64,000 nt of DNA from Callorhinchus milii (GCF_018977255.1 NW_024704743.1:8000001-8064000); one strand, 5' to 3'. Counted from the stretch's first letter, positions 1 to 14,199 are shown. Notes: generated by a model not told the origin, from the letters alone. Program-made: numbers and translations.

Positions 1-365
1 TTCAAGGCCTACCTCTGTGATCCGCTAACCCCATATCAACCTGTCCGCTCCCTCCGCTTAGCGGCCACCAGCATGCTCCACATCCCCCGCACAGCCCACC
101 CCATCATCGGCAGTCGGGCCTTCAGCCTCTCTGCCCCACGCTTTGGAACGCCATCCCACATTCCCTTCACCTTGCTCCCTCCCTTGCCTCCTCCAAGGCA
201 CGTCTCAAGACCCTCCTCTTCGAACACGCTTTCGGCCACCCTGCCTGATCCCAACCCCCCCCACCCTCCAACTCGGGTCCAAATTCCTGTTTGTCCAGCG
301 CCTTGGGACATCCTCCCGATGTGAAAGGTGCTATGGAAATGTAATTTTGCATTGTATTTTGTATT
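1..365 (+). mobile_element. L2 3'-end fragment
   Basis: [15 protein letters not shown] plus tail cagcgccttgggacatcctcccgatgtgaaaggtgcta. Confidence 0.85.
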
Positions 366-1299
366 GGAATAGGTAAGAGAGTTCCACGATCCTGACCAAG
401 CAATGATGAAGGAACATGTCGAGGATGGCAAGTGACTTGCAGGTAGTCTTGCTCACATGACAGCACTGCTCTGTATGGTCGCTATCAAAACGAGGTTGGT
501 GAGCTGCTGCAGCACACTCCATGAACAGCACACACTGTAGTTACAGTGCACATGTAGGGGAGGGAGTGGATGTTGATCTGAGTGGCTAGGGTGCAGATCA
601 ATAGGTCTGCTCTCTTTCTGGCTGATGGAATAATGATAATACTATAATAATCCTTGCATTTGATACAGCGCCTTATCACGTCTTCTAAACGTCTCAAAAC
701 GTTTCACAGAATATACTGTAAAGTGAATTGACTGTATATGTTGTGGGCGAAACACGGCAGCCAATTGCGCACAGCAGTGTCCCACAAACAGTCGTTTTTA
801 TATTTATGTTTATTTTGAGATACGAGCATTATTGCAGCAGCACTCATCCAGGCAAGCGGCAAGTATTCCATCACACACCTGACATGACTCGCAGATGATG
901 GAGAGACTTTGATGGGTTAAGAGGTGAGCCTTTGTCGTAGACTATGAAGCTTACAATTATATTTCCCTCCGAAATACAGTCGCTACACTTTACAGTAAAT
1001 CCTACGAAGCGCTTGAGACGTCTTCTATAGTGAAAGGCACTATATTAAATGCCAAGACTATTTTTATTCTAACAGTCTCCACCCTGCTCTTGTAGTTTTA
1101 TTTAGCTTGACCCAGTTACACTGCTTGTCAAAGGTTACACCCCAGGATGTTAATGGCGGAGGAGTTAACCTAACTTATGTAGTGAGAAAATGCTTGAGCG
1201 CATTATATGGCAAAAACCTGCAATTGATGCCAATCAAAAAGAGCACAGGGGCTGCAAAGTGTAAATAGGTACAGATGTAGGAGCAATAATCACACTACC

Positions 1300-1960
1300 T
1301 GAATCTACTGGAATTCTTTGAAGTAACTTCAGTTTGAAACCCTGGCAAATCAGGGATATTCAGTAGATAATTCATTTATTTGGATTTTCAGAAGGCATCT
1401 AGTACAGTTCTACAGGGGAACCTCAAAGAAGGTTAAATCTCGTGGAATTAATAACAAATTAGCTAGCTGGATCGAAAATTGGTTCAGTAATAGGAAGCAG
1501 AAGGCGATGATAAATAAAAAAAAGCTGAAATGGGATTGTGTGGGCAGCAGCTCACAGAGTCTCACAAACTCTCTTACTGGGTTTCCTGCTGCTCACGGTA
1601 TCATTAATAATTCAGGATGAGACCAAGCCTCGGATAATAAATTTTCCATCATTCTAATAATTCCATGTCAATAATGGGAGGTCAAATAACATTCAAAGTA
1701 ATCTGGACCAAGTACTTAGGCCAAATAATGAATGATGAATATTAATAAGGATAATGAAGTGATGTCTCATTGGAATGGGAAACTGTAAACATGTATACAT
1801 GTTGCAAGGAGTGGCGAAGCAGGAAAGGGATCTGGATGCAATTACATATTCACTGAAGGTTTCCACTCAAAGGTGATTGACAGATCACTATTAACAAACA
1901 AAAGCTATTAACAAAGCTAAATTAAATACTGGGGTGCATCTCAAGTGTATGTGACTAAAA
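1300..1960 (+). mobile_element. Degraded CR1 LINE RT fragment
   Basis: DFQKA (gattttcagaaggca), WIENW..NRKQ and EKDLG-like remnants. Confidence 0.7.
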
Positions 1961-4269
1961 ACAGAAGTTTGGGAACATTGTGGATTTTTAAAATCAGGGA
2001 GGAGAATTAACAAAATGCTAAGCTCCAGGGCTTTGACCTTAAGCAGATGTTCTGTACAGACTTGAGATGTTGAAAGCCAATAAATCTCTGAAAAAAGATA
2101 ATAACTCTTGCATTTGATATGACGATGTCTCAAAGCTCTTCACAGAACATACTGTAAGTGGCTGTATTTTATAGGCCAACACGGCAGCCAAGTTGTTCAC
2201 AGCAATGTCCCACAAACAGCCATGAAGTGAATGACCAATTTTATTTGGGGGATTGTTGGCCAGGCCCTGGGTAGAAACTCCCTTCCTTTTTCGAATAGCG
2301 TCAATGGAATCTTTAATGTCAACCTGAACAGGCAGGTAGCGACCTCCGTTTTACATCTGAACCAAAGGATGCACCCCAGCAAACAAGACCTTTAATGTCT
2401 TGTAAGCATATCTATATTTAAGAATCGCCAAGAGAAGATGGATTTGTCACTTTAAAGGTTAACAGTTGTGGCTCAGCCCCTTGGCAGTCAGGTTCTGAAC
2501 CTATTACAAGAGCAGCTTGTACAAATCACCAAGCAATCCCTACCCAAAGGGGGGGTGTGGGGGGGGAGAGCAGGGCTGAATATCCGGGGCCTGGAGAGAG
2601 ATTAAGTGCATCCATCAGAAAATGAAAAGCTGAAACAAGAACAGTCTTCCAAAAGGGAATATGGACCCATCAAGGGCTTTTCATTAGTCTATATTGTGTA
2701 AATATTGTGTTTGTAATATCCACTAATTGTTATGTTTCTTGCTGTAATTTTGAGTGCAATTCACATCCCCAGTTAATTCAGTCTAGACCTGCCGGCCGTG
2801 TGTTGAAAAATCTGCCTGTCTGAGACACGCTTGGTAGGACGGAGTGAATCTACACCAATCCAGAAAGAAGTTACTGCCAAGAGGGATAATGGTCAGCCCT
2901 CAGGCATACAGCTCTGCAGGAACAGAGTGGAGAAACGGCACGGCATCCATAACAAAGGCACAAGGACCTACTTACAACTAATTGCCAGGACATTTCTCAC
3001 ACCGGCCTGCATCTCACAGGTGGGAGAAAATGAACCACAAAATGAGAGAGAGAAAAAGAATTTGACGCTGAAATGTTACTGAATTTATAAATAAATTGTG
3101 GGTGTAAAGCAGCTTTAAAAAGGAAATGTATGTGCAAAAAAANCAGAAATAAATTGTGCACAGAAGGGACTTACCAAAAAAGTGGTTAAAAGGAAAGTCT
3201 GTGCATTGTAGGTAGCAGCATATCTTTCTAGGCAGGTGCAGCAACTGACAAAGATTCTTGGGTAGGCTAAATAAGGTTGGCTTTCACACTAACTTTCATA
3301 TATTTAAAACTTAAAACAGTGGAAACACACAACTTACTGTATGTTGTGATGCCTGGTACAAAAACTAAAATTGCAATTGCTGTAAACTTTATTTTGCAGT
3401 TTTTCAACATGCTCTGAAGATTGAGTCACATCATTACAACGAAATGATAATAATAATCCTTGTATTTGATACAGTGCCTTATCACATCTTTGAGTAAAGT
3501 GAATTGGCAGTATATTTTGTGGACAAATTAGCTGCTGTGCTCATCTCAAAATACCTGGTCACCATACTTTACAATAAGTGTTTTGAAGCTCTCTGAAACA
3601 TCCTCCTGATGTGAAAGGTCCTATATGCAATACAAGGATTATTGTTACTACTCTGGAACTAGCTGCAAGAAGATGCACAAAGGCATTGTGCATCCTCTTA
3701 CAGCTTGTTCCAGTGCAGCACAGGGAGTGTCTTGGCATCATTATCTGATGTTGATCCTTAATATTTGCATTTGATATACCACCTAATCACATAATTGAGA
3801 TGCCTCAAAGCACTTCACAGAATATACTGTAAAGTGACTGCACATTTTGTGAGCGAAATGCGGCAATCAATTGCGCACAGCAGTGTCCTACAAAGTCGTG
3901 GATTTAGTGACCAAATTATTATTATTATTATTTTAACTCTCATTGTGATAACTCTCATCAGAGAATGCTGCAATGTAGGGTGCGCAATACTGCAGGGAGG
4001 AAAGAAATGAGGCAAATAGGAGGGGAAATGTGAAAACAACAGATAAGCAAATTGGAACAGCAAAATGCCCCAAGAAAATAATATTCAAAACTTTTCTGCC
4101 ATGAATTCAGTTATGTGAGCAGAGCAAATTAATATAATGGGGTCTAATTTGCTGTATTTTGTAACAATGATGATTATTAGAGATTGATATATAGATAGAT
4201 TGATGGCTTCCTGTAACTGGAAGTACATTATGCTGACCAGAGCAACTCTGTTCTGACTTCACTGACATC

Positions 4270-4560
4270 TGGAGTGTTGTATCGCCTTCAAGGCCCTCCA
4301 CGGCCTTACCCTTTTTTACCTCTATGACCTGCTGACCCCATTCAACCTGTCCGCTCCCTCCGCTCAGCAGGCTCTGGCACACCCCACCATCAGCAGTCGG
4401 GCCTTCAGCCTCTCTGCCCCCACCCTACAGAACTCCATCCCACATTCCCTTCCCCTCGCACGCTCCCTTGCTTTCTTCAAGGCGCGTCTTAAAACCCTCT
4501 TCTTTGACCATGCTTCGGCCACCCTCCTACTCTCCCTGCCCTCCACCCTCCACGAACCCA
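4270..4560 (+). mobile_element. L2 3' fragment
   Basis: Homologous to 1-365 and to the 3' end of the 40-kb L2 (FKALHGL..., [10 protein letters not shown]). Confidence 0.8.
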
Positions 4561-4669
4561 TGTAGTGACTGTATATTTTGTAAGGTTCAGGCCTTAGTGC
4601 TGCCCTGAATGTTCAAGGAAAGGTTTGGTTCAAATAGGCAGGATTCAATAAGAACAACATTAATTAGTG

Positions 4670-5050
4670 TATTTAATATAGCACCTTTCATGTCAGGAGG
4701 ATGTCTCAAAGCATTTCATAGGGCTGTAAGGTGTAGCGGCTGTGTACTTTTGTAGGTGAGCAAGCAGGCCTTTTGTTCACAGCAAAGCCCTACAAACAGT
4801 CATGAAGCAAAAGAGATTTTTATGTGGGAGATTGTTGGCTAGGACATCAGGAGATATCCCATCACTGTTCAAATAGTCCCACAGGATTTTTAACGTCCAG
4901 CTAAACAGGTGGACGGGTCTTCAGAAAAGCATCTCACCCAGATTGAAAGAACCTCCAACATTCCCCCAGCATTGCACTGGAGAGTCAGCCTAGTCTATGT
5001 GAGCACAAAGTCCCATGTGGGTAATGAACCCAAACTACATCTCATGATCT
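4670..5050 (-). mobile_element. Deu-domain-like SINE
   Basis: Reverse complement of the 53166 family. Further copies at about 2100-2390, 38998-39605, 48070-48480 and 54970-55440. Confidence 0.7.
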
Positions 5051-7204
5051 GAGCCTCTTTGCATACAAAAAGGAACAAGCAACAGTGGTGTGACTAAAAT
5101 AAAATTGTCACCTGACAGAATGGGGCTCCACACCTTGACTCTAAAGTGTGTGTGTGTCAATCTAAAGCAAAGCATTATTAATTTTTTGGGGGGTCAGCTG
5201 AGTGTCTGATACATGCGGAAACCCATCACCAATCTTAAGAGTAGACAAACTAAACTGAGAGTTCCATGCATCCCACCTACACATGGAAATCCCAGAGATA
5301 AGATTTTGGAATGGAATGTGTACTTTCTCCCTAGAGGGACGCATCCTGCTTACCTAATTCCGGAAAATATTAGGCGTAGGTTGGCAAGAGCCAAGGCTTG
5401 GGCACCTCAGCACTAGCAATCTGAGGCACAGTGCATTACCAATAATGCTTAGACTCCTTTAAAAAAAGGCTGTCCTAGTGAAACTAAAAATCCTTGGTGA
5501 TCATTGCCATTCTATCACCTAACTTCTCCAATTCATCAATTCGGTGTAGCAGCGAAGCATTAACTTAACAATGATTTGAGTCTGCAACTTTCATCAAGAA
5601 TATAGCTCACTAATATATTTCTCAAACAATCTGCTGTTTGACTGTGGTGGATCCGGATTCTCACAAGAGCTTTGATTCTAGCGTTAAAATCCATGGAGAG
5701 AGGCACATATTCAAGTAAATTTATTAAAAATTGCAAAGTACTAAATGGTAGAAAGACCCAGTGAGGTTACAGTCTGTCAAAAAATGTTGAGAATCTGGTT
5801 GCGTGTGGTGTGAGCAGTATGAAATCATTACTGACTCAGGTATTTATGCTGTTTTTCCCATTTCCTCTCCAAAGGTCTCCGCAGTCAGTCACACAGTATT
5901 CCTGCCAACTCCCACCTAAACACACACTTCCTGTTTATACCAAAATTGGCCTTTATCTAGCATGACCCCGAGGAGCAGGTGATTAAGAACATAATTCTCA
6001 GTGGTGACCAAATAGCTGGCCAATTGTTGTTTGTCCTGAAAAGAGCATGTTTTTTTTAATAGGATTCTGTCTCTAAATGTGCATTTCAGGGTTTGAACAA
6101 GCATGTGGTTTGCACAAATTGAGCAACGCGTATTTATCAAACAAAAGGTTGCTGAACATCCTGTCTCGGAGCGATTGCTCCTGCAACTCTTCAAAGGGTT
6201 TGGATTGCATTACCCACTGCGAGGGAATGCAATCACTCGTATTCAGCGAGGATTATTAAAGGTGTGCATGAGCCCTTTTGCATAGAAAAAGGCACAAGCA
6301 ACACAGAGTTGATTAAAATAAAATAGGTACCAGATAGAATGGGGCTCCACATCGTGACTCCAAAATGTGTACGTTTGTGTGGATAAACATAATTCTCTCC
6401 TCATCTCCCAGAAATAAACTATATAGTTCCTACATCACTATATCTCTATGTCTTATCTAGTCCATTAAAAGAGGAATATGACTAAATTTTAACCAACGAG
6501 GTTTGAGTCACAATTCTGACACCGTCCCACCCACTATCAATTAAAAATTATTCTTAAAAATTTATTTTAAGCTGGGTACTTTCCCAGTAACCTAACAAGG
6601 CCAACATTTTAAATCAGTCCCACTTCCCAACCCCTTTCACAATGCCCCCATTTCACAGCCAGTTTGGGCTACAGGACACGTAGACTGACTAATCACTTCT
6701 GGTCGCAGGTCAGAACGAGTGCATTCACCTATAGAGTTTAAAACCATATCTTCCAGGAGAAGGATGAGTCACACATTCAGTTATTTAAAAATAAAAGGTT
6801 TTCAGATTGCTAACATTTAAAGATTGCAGGGTTTTCTCCAGCTCATTTCCTACGACTGAAAGAAAATATTACGTCATGTGAAGATTATATTTTCAAGAAG
6901 CACATTAGAGCACTAACTCAACTGGGAGATTCAAATGCCGACCTTGATTTTCCACCGGGATTTTACCATGAAAGACCAATCTATGAATGAGTGAGAACAA
7001 TATCACAGGCCAAGCCACCCGAAATACCTATCAAAACCACAAAGGTACATCATACCTCCTCCCAACACCAAATTCAGACTCGTATTCCCTCTTGCTTACT
7101 ACCTCCGCTCCCTCCCAAAAGACAAGCCAACAGTCCACTCCAACCCCTTGATGCACTAAGACACCTAAGCATGTACGACTTTACTGCAACTCAATGCACG
7201 GACA

Positions 7205-7560
7205 ACTACAAAAATAACTTGTATTTATAGAGAACTCTTCATATAAGATAGCGTCTGAGCACTGCACAATGGTGGGGTTGGATGCTGAGCAAGGGAGAAG
7301 CGAGAAATGACCACAAGCACGGTTGAAATGGTAGGTCTTGAGGTGGGGTTTAAAGATAAAGATGGAGAGAGGAGGGTCTGAGCAGGGAGTTCTGGAGATT
7401 AAGAGCGTAGTGGCTGAAGGCATGGACAACGATTGGCATGGAGGGGGCGGGGGCTGCATACAGGCCTCTGACAGGTGAAGCAACCGGCGGGTAGAGGAGT
7501 GAGGCACAAATAGGTCAGAGAGATAAGGAGGTGCTGGGGCGTGAAGAGATTTGCATGAAG
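7205..7560 (-). mobile_element. Old L2 3' fragment
   Basis: FKPHLKTYHFNRA on the minus strand plus caacttgtatttatagag tail. Confidence 0.65.
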
Positions 7561-10500
7561 CACAGTGTGAACAAAATGTAAAACTGAATGAAGCAGATGT
7601 TAAAATAACAGACTACCCCCACATGCTGAAACAAATGAATTTAGATAAAACGAATACCCTGAAAGCTATCTTTGTGGAAAGCATTTCAGGGTCACACACC
7701 ATTTCCACTTACGTTTTTATTGATCCGCCGGGGGTCTACCATATGCAGAAACCCATCAGTATCCAAAGCAAACTGAGAATTCCATACATCCCACCTACAC
7801 ATGGAAATTCCAGAGATGTTTACTGCAATGGAATGCGCACTCTCTCTCCCGGGGGGGGGGGGGGGCGGGGGGGGGGGGGGGGGGGGGGGGGGTCGCATCC
7901 TGCTTACCTAATTTCGGAAAGTATTAGTCGCAGGTTAGCAAGAGCCAAGGCTTGGGGACCCCAGAGTGTGGGTTGAGGTAACCAACTAAAACTGTATAGC
8001 TTGCCATTGGGAGCGCTGTCTGACAAGCTTTCCCACTGCTTGTCGAGCCAGGACCCACCCTACCTGTTAGGCTTTGGCTTGCAGGGTTTCCAGAGCCGTG
8101 TTGGAGAAGTCCCTGCCCCCAGTGACTGGTCTGTCCTTCCAAGTCCTGCTGATGAGCTGTGCTGTTATCAGCAGTGCTCTGGAATATTGAACATCCATGT
8201 GGCTCAGGAACTGGGATATTGAAACCACCACAGAGGGCTAGCTTGATTCCAACATTCCTTGCCAAAGAGGTCACCTTGGAGCCAGTTCAGCTCCTCGGGA
8301 GGATAGTCTTACCTGCCCCCTGGGAGGATAGTCATTAGTGGTCATTTGACATCCAATAAGCGGTTTGAGCCCTCACTAATTGAATGGTAGGTATCAGGAA
8401 CTCCCTTCCCTGTGAGCTTCCTGGTGGGCAACACAGCTCAGCTCTTAAGTGAGCTCTGAGATTCAAACGCCAAACTTGATCTTCACCAGGGTCTCTGAGG
8501 CCTAAATATAAAGTTTGATTCAATGTCAAAAGTGATCAGCCACCTCCCTTTATTTTCTTCTTTTAAATGTATCTGGGTCAAGCTTGGGTGGGAACTTCCT
8601 GCTTATTAAAGTAACAGCTGATTCTCCCCCACCTCTAATCTCCAGATGGGAATTGGACTCGGAACAAGAATTCCAGCTTTATCCAAATGGATCTGAAATA
8701 AATCTGTGACTATGCTGCTAACTGGAAGATTGTAAATCCAATCATGTAGACATCCTCCCTATTGTTAAGGTCAGGTGTAAGAGCTGCTGAGCTGAAATAA
8801 AAAGTTAGATGCATTCAGGGGGGAAACCAAAAAAAGTGTGAGGTTTTCCCTTGTGAGGAAAAAAAATCTTTCCCTTGTGAAAGAAAGAAATTCCTTTGGA
8901 GAAATCGTAGTTAATGTGGTAACATTCTGTTCTTGAGATCAGTTTCTCTTCATACAAAGCTTAGTGGACTTCTTCCCTCCCAAAACATACCGAAGGAACA
9001 GCGACAGAAACACATGCTTATTTTATTCATTTTTTTTGTTCTCCTCAGAAGAAAACAGAACCATCCTGGAACGCTCAGCACATTGTGCCAAAAAGTAACT
9101 ATTTATGGACAGCTGTAGATGCTTTTAGAACCTCCCTGTGCAGTATATCCAGCCAAGTTAAGGTTTGGAGAAAGTGTCCAAGCCGGCCACACTGCTGTCC
9201 AATTTCTCTTGCCAAATGGAACTGTTGCACGGACGCTGTGGACCAAACCAACTCATTCTGTTTGAATCGCTTCAATTTCTGGTGGACACAATTTTCCAAC
9301 TAGGATACACATGGGAAACACACTCCATGATTTTTTGGGGGTCAGCCAGACGTCTGACACATGCGGAAACCCAGCACTACGCTTAAGAGTATCCAAACCA
9401 AGCTGAGAATTCAATTCCATGCATCCCAACGACACATGGAAATCCCAGGGATAGATTGTTGGAATGGAATGCGCACTCTCTCGCTGGAGGGATGCATCCT
9501 GCTTACATAATTAATTCTAATGATCTAAGTAATTAATTCTAATGATCTCTGACAGCCACTATTTAATGGCTGAATAGTGTTCCATCACTTCAGTAAAACA
9601 GTTGAGTAATGAATCTAAGGCCATGTCAATCTAATATGGTCTAAGGATGGACAAACAGCATCATACAGGACCAGAAAGTATATTCAGTATATACCTGTGT
9701 GAAGATAGTTTCTGCACAATTGCAGATTAAGAAAAACCTTTAAGGAGAATATTCTGCTGATTCAGATCACCCAATCCTTAAGTGCCCATTGATAAACAGT
9801 GACAGGGGCCACCACTCACAAAAGCATCTAATTCATGTGATGGATAAAAGCAACACTCAATAATTATAATAATGTCATTATATATGTACCCCATAACGTC
9901 ATAATGTCTCAAAATGGTTTACAAATTAATTGCTGTAAACACAGCACACTCTGGGCACAGCAATGTCCCACAAACAACCATGAATTGAATGACCAATTTA
10001 TATGAGGGATCGTTGGTTGGGAGAAACTCCCTTCTCTCTTTCAGTAGTGTCATAAGATCTTTTAATATCTAAATGAACAGGTGGATAGAAACTTGGCGTG
10101 AGCGGATTTTGTAGGCGAATGCAGCAGCTAATTTGCACTCAGTGAGGTTCCACAAACCAATTATTTTTAGGTTATTATTGGTTATTTAACTGTATTGGGT
10201 TACTAAAGTGAAGCATAGATGTGTGTGGCTGGGAAACACTACAGCTTTTTTCTACCAAGTTGATTTTTCCAGTGCTGAAGACAACGGAGAACCAGTTCAC
10301 AAATTGCTTGTAGTAATTTGGTCAGGCAGTCTTTCGGGTGGGAAGGTAACATCTCTAAAAAGAGCAGCAAAGAGATTTGCATCATTTTTAATAGTGTCCA
10401 TTCATTTTAATTTTCTTACAATTGTAGGGTTATTTTCCTCACCTCTCCTCTCCTGAAGATAAGGACACTGCTAGGGTAACCTTCAGTAGCTCTCACAAAT

Positions 10501-10597
10501 GTTCATTCTTCCTGCCTGAACATGGACATTAAGTGCTGGTAACTTATTTGACACGGACGAGGAGGTGGGGAATAAATCACGCCCAAGCCTGATCCTT

Positions 10598-10935
10598 GTG
10601 GAGTCCTGTAACGTAGTGGTTAGAGCATTTGCCTCGCAAGCAAGAGGACCTGTGTTCGATTCCCTGGCAGGGCGAAACATTAGCCAAGTTTCTTTATTCC
10701 ACCTCTGTTTGCCTGGCAGTAAGTAGAAACCCGGTTGTTGGTCGATTGGCAGATCGATTTCAGGGGGGAATAATCTCTTTAAAAAATGACAATTTGGTCA
10801 CTCACTTGGCTTACTCATTTCTCCGACAATTTATACAGTCAATTCTGTGAAGCGCTTTACAGTATATTCTGCAAAGTGCTTTGAGATGTCTCAACGTACG
10901 TGATAAGGCTCTATATCAAATGCAAGGATGATTAT
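10598..10935 (+). mobile_element. tRNA-derived SINE, long subfamily
   Basis: gtggagtcctgtaacgtagtggttagagc head, gttcgattcc B box, shared tail. Confidence 0.9.
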
Positions 10936-10969
10936 CCTACCGTTATCCAATATCAATACACTTTTCAAA

Positions 10970-11165
10970 GTAGTCATTAGGCAGCAATCAGGAATGGGAA
11001 AACTGGCTGACATTCCTTCCCCCCCAACCCTTCCTAACCAAGGTCACTGAGGCCAATTGTAACTAACCCCAATTTTAACTAGCCCTGGTTGAGATCAGCT
11101 AACTCAGCTCAGACCAGAAACTGAACCTGCGACCTTCTGGGTCTGTTTTGCTTCAGTGCCACACA
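10970..11165 (-). mobile_element. Third, older SINE-like family
   Basis: Shares gaccagaaggtc..ggttca..tctggtctg.gct and caattggcctcagtg with 23790-23950 (+); weaker copy at about 44200-44310. Confidence 0.6.
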
Positions 11166-14100
11166 GAGAGAAAAAAACAGTGGCAGATGTGCAGAACACG
11201 TTACGGATCTGTGCCCTTCACTTAACTTCCTTCATAAAAAATAAAAATAAAAGCCTGTGTCAAATATTTACTCCACAGAGTTCACCAGTGTTTTGTAAGC
11301 AACTGGTGGAGTGGAACCTCCAAGAGAAAAATGGCCCACCTGGCCCAAGAAAGAAGAGACCGATAAATCTGTCCTTGGTCATCCTGAGAAGTGGCTAGGA
11401 ACATTTTTTTTTGGTCAACAAGTGTGACCCATCACCATGCTTAGGAGTAACCAAACCAAACTGAGAATTCCATGCGTTCCACCTACACAGGGAAATTCCA
11501 GAGATAGACTGTTGAATGGAATGTGCACTCTCTCCCTAATTCTGGAAAGTATTATCCGCAGATTGGCAAAAGCCAAGGCTTGAGGACCCCAGAGTGTGCT
11601 TTGGGGAACTGCTGGAGTCTAACCAGCTAAAACTGCAAAGCGTGCCATTGATATCACTGTCTTGCCCCCAGTGACTGATGACAGTTATGAAAAGGTGGCT
11701 GGATTCAGCAAACAGGATTCTTTCCGATTCAGTTATAGAAATGGCTGATAAACAAATTGTTATTTTGAAGTATCCAAACTTGGTGGTTAATAGCAAGCGT
11801 TGGATCAATAGCATCTGTGTCATCACAAGGATTTATTATATGCAAATAATGTGTAAAGACTGTTGTATTGTGCGCATAGGGTAAAGGTATTTGTATAGAG
11901 GCAATAACAGGTGTCCTTAATGACGTAATAAACCAATGAAAAGATTGGTTGCTATCCATATTATTAATAAATCCTTTTCATTGATTGTTAAATATATACT
12001 TAAGGATACTCATCCAACCCATGTTTACACATAGTGCATTATACAGCTGTGTTTTCACATGGTATACAATATACCCCATTGCCTGAAGGGTTGTTTTGGG
12101 CAAGTTTCATGTCACACACAGAAACCCATCACCATGCTTAAGAATATTCAAACCAGACAGAGTTCCACACATGTATGCCTTATACACAAGGACATTTCCT
12201 ATTTGTCTTGAATAGAGCGCACACTTTCTCTGGAGGGATGCATCTTGCTTAACTAACTCCGTGTTTACAGTATTAGGGTCAGGTTGGTAAGAGCCAAAGC
12301 TTAGGGATCCCAGAGTGTGCTTTAAGGTACTACTGAAGTTTAACCAGCTAAAACTGCCATTGTGAGTTCTGTCCAGCAAGCTTTCCCCTGCTTGTCCAGC
12401 TAGGACCACACTACCCATTAGGATTTTGTCTTGCTGGGTTAGACAGGAAATGCACCCCAGTGACTGGTCTGCACCTCCAAATCCTGCTGATGAGCCAGCC
12501 TGGCTGGGCTGTGATTATCAGTGCCCTGGAATACTATGGACTTGCCTGGCTCAGGAACTGGAATACCGAGACTACCACAGACGTTCAGCTGGATTCAATA
12601 TTCCATTGCCAGGCACGACACCTAAGAATCAGCTCAGCCCCAAGAAGTCCCCACTTACCCTCCTCCCTTAAAGAGGATAGTCGCTTGTTGGTCATTAAAT
12701 ATTGACAAGTGCAGGCATAAGCCCTCACTAGATGGACAGCAGGTACAAAGAACTCCTTGTAAACAGCACCTCTTAGTAAGTAGCACTCAGCAAGAAATCT
12801 GTGAGAACGTTGTCACCATTCTCCTGCCCATAACTCAGGCATAAACTTCTACTCAGTGGGTAACGGCCTTGCCTTAACCACCCTCCAGCCACTTTTCCAG
12901 TGGAATAGGCCAAGTGAGTCTCCCATCAACCCTTTCTTGGAAGGTAAAATACATGTCCCAGATAAAATCTAAGAATTGGCCACGTGCCTCTTTCAAGTAT
13001 CCTTTAATTCCATTTACCTGCCCTTGCCCTTTCCCCTATAGTTTACACCTTCAAAAGGCACCAGGTCAAATGCCTTACAAAAATCAATAAATACATTGTA
13101 GGTGGGTTTTCCCTGAGCCTTACAATACAATGTTCCACAATCCCATGAAAAGACATACTCTGCCCACATAATCCATACAAAGATAATATTGACAATTCGC
13201 CCACAAAATATACAGTCAATTCACTTTACAGTATATTCTGTGAAGGGCTTTGAGATGTCTGGAAGACGTGATAAGGCATTATATGAAATACAAGGATCAT
13301 TACGATTATAGTTCTTCCTGAGTACACAACAGGCCTCCAACTCATTTAATATATGTGCCTTGACAACAAGAAGTACCACCTTAAGTGTCACTGAAATTTG
13401 TGAGCTACCTCAGTGAGCTCCCTTGACTTCACTATAGTCACCATTCTTGTGGATGGGTACAATTGCACTCTGACCGGGTGTGTGCCTCAGACAGAATTGT
13501 TGACCAGCCTCAGAATGGCACTCCTCAGCAAGGAGTATTGATCTGAAAGTCCTTAGCGTTCTTCGCACTTTCCCCAGAGCAGCTTTTAACAACTTGGTGT
13601 TAATACCATCTGTAAGCGCTCTGGGACTCTACCCTGCAAGAGGGGCGCTATATAAATGCAAGTTGTTGTTCCGTATCTGCTGCCTTACCATTAGCAAGGC
13701 CTCACAGTGTGGAGTCCACTTCCTCCCAGTAAACTGGATCATTGAGGCCTTCGAGCTGTTCAACCCCTCCCACCAGCTCTTCACGTAGATGGATCTCTAC
13801 TACAGCCTATTGGGTCAGATGCCAATTCAGCATAATGCTCCCTCCAGGCCCCAAGTATGTTCTCACGGGTCTTTTTTAAAGCAATGAACTTAGCACCAGC
13901 CCAGAGGGACCCCTCTAGCCATGACCAATGACATATCAGTGGAAAAAAGATTTGGGATCATTGTTGTGTAGTTATCGTCCCTTACAGCAACCCCAATGAT
14001 CCCAATCACACTTCATTTCTCTAATTGTCTCCTTAGCCTCACAGCTTGCTTGATTATAAGCTGCCTTTGCAGCAGTCCTAGTTTGCTCCAAAGAGGCTTC

Positions 14101-14199
14101 TAATACTACTTTCAAAGAGAACAATTTTTGTTGACCAGAGCAGCAAACTTTGTGATCATCTGATCTCTTAATGATCTTTTAAGGCTCAGGGGACACCCA

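Larger units (their letters stand above)
5180..12790 (-). repeat. Cluster of five co-oriented copies of an unidentified dispersed repeat (about 5180-5412, 7715-8460, 9330-9510, 11404-11677, 12090-12790)
   Basis: Shared core ...aaacccatcacca.gcttaag..tatccaaaccaaactgagaattccat.c.tcccacctacacatggaaat.ccagagat...gcaagagccaaggcttg.ggaccccagagtgtg. Confidence 0.85.

Noticed and set aside
8145..8190. Possible hammerhead ribozyme (CTGATGAG plus hairpin) in the clustered repeat
   Set aside because: No GAAA directly after stem II, and the sister copy at about 12487 does not keep the stem
9060..9330. Protein-like ORFs next to repeat copy 3 (possible L1 C-terminus CP..TFW)
   Set aside because: Too short and degenerate to assign
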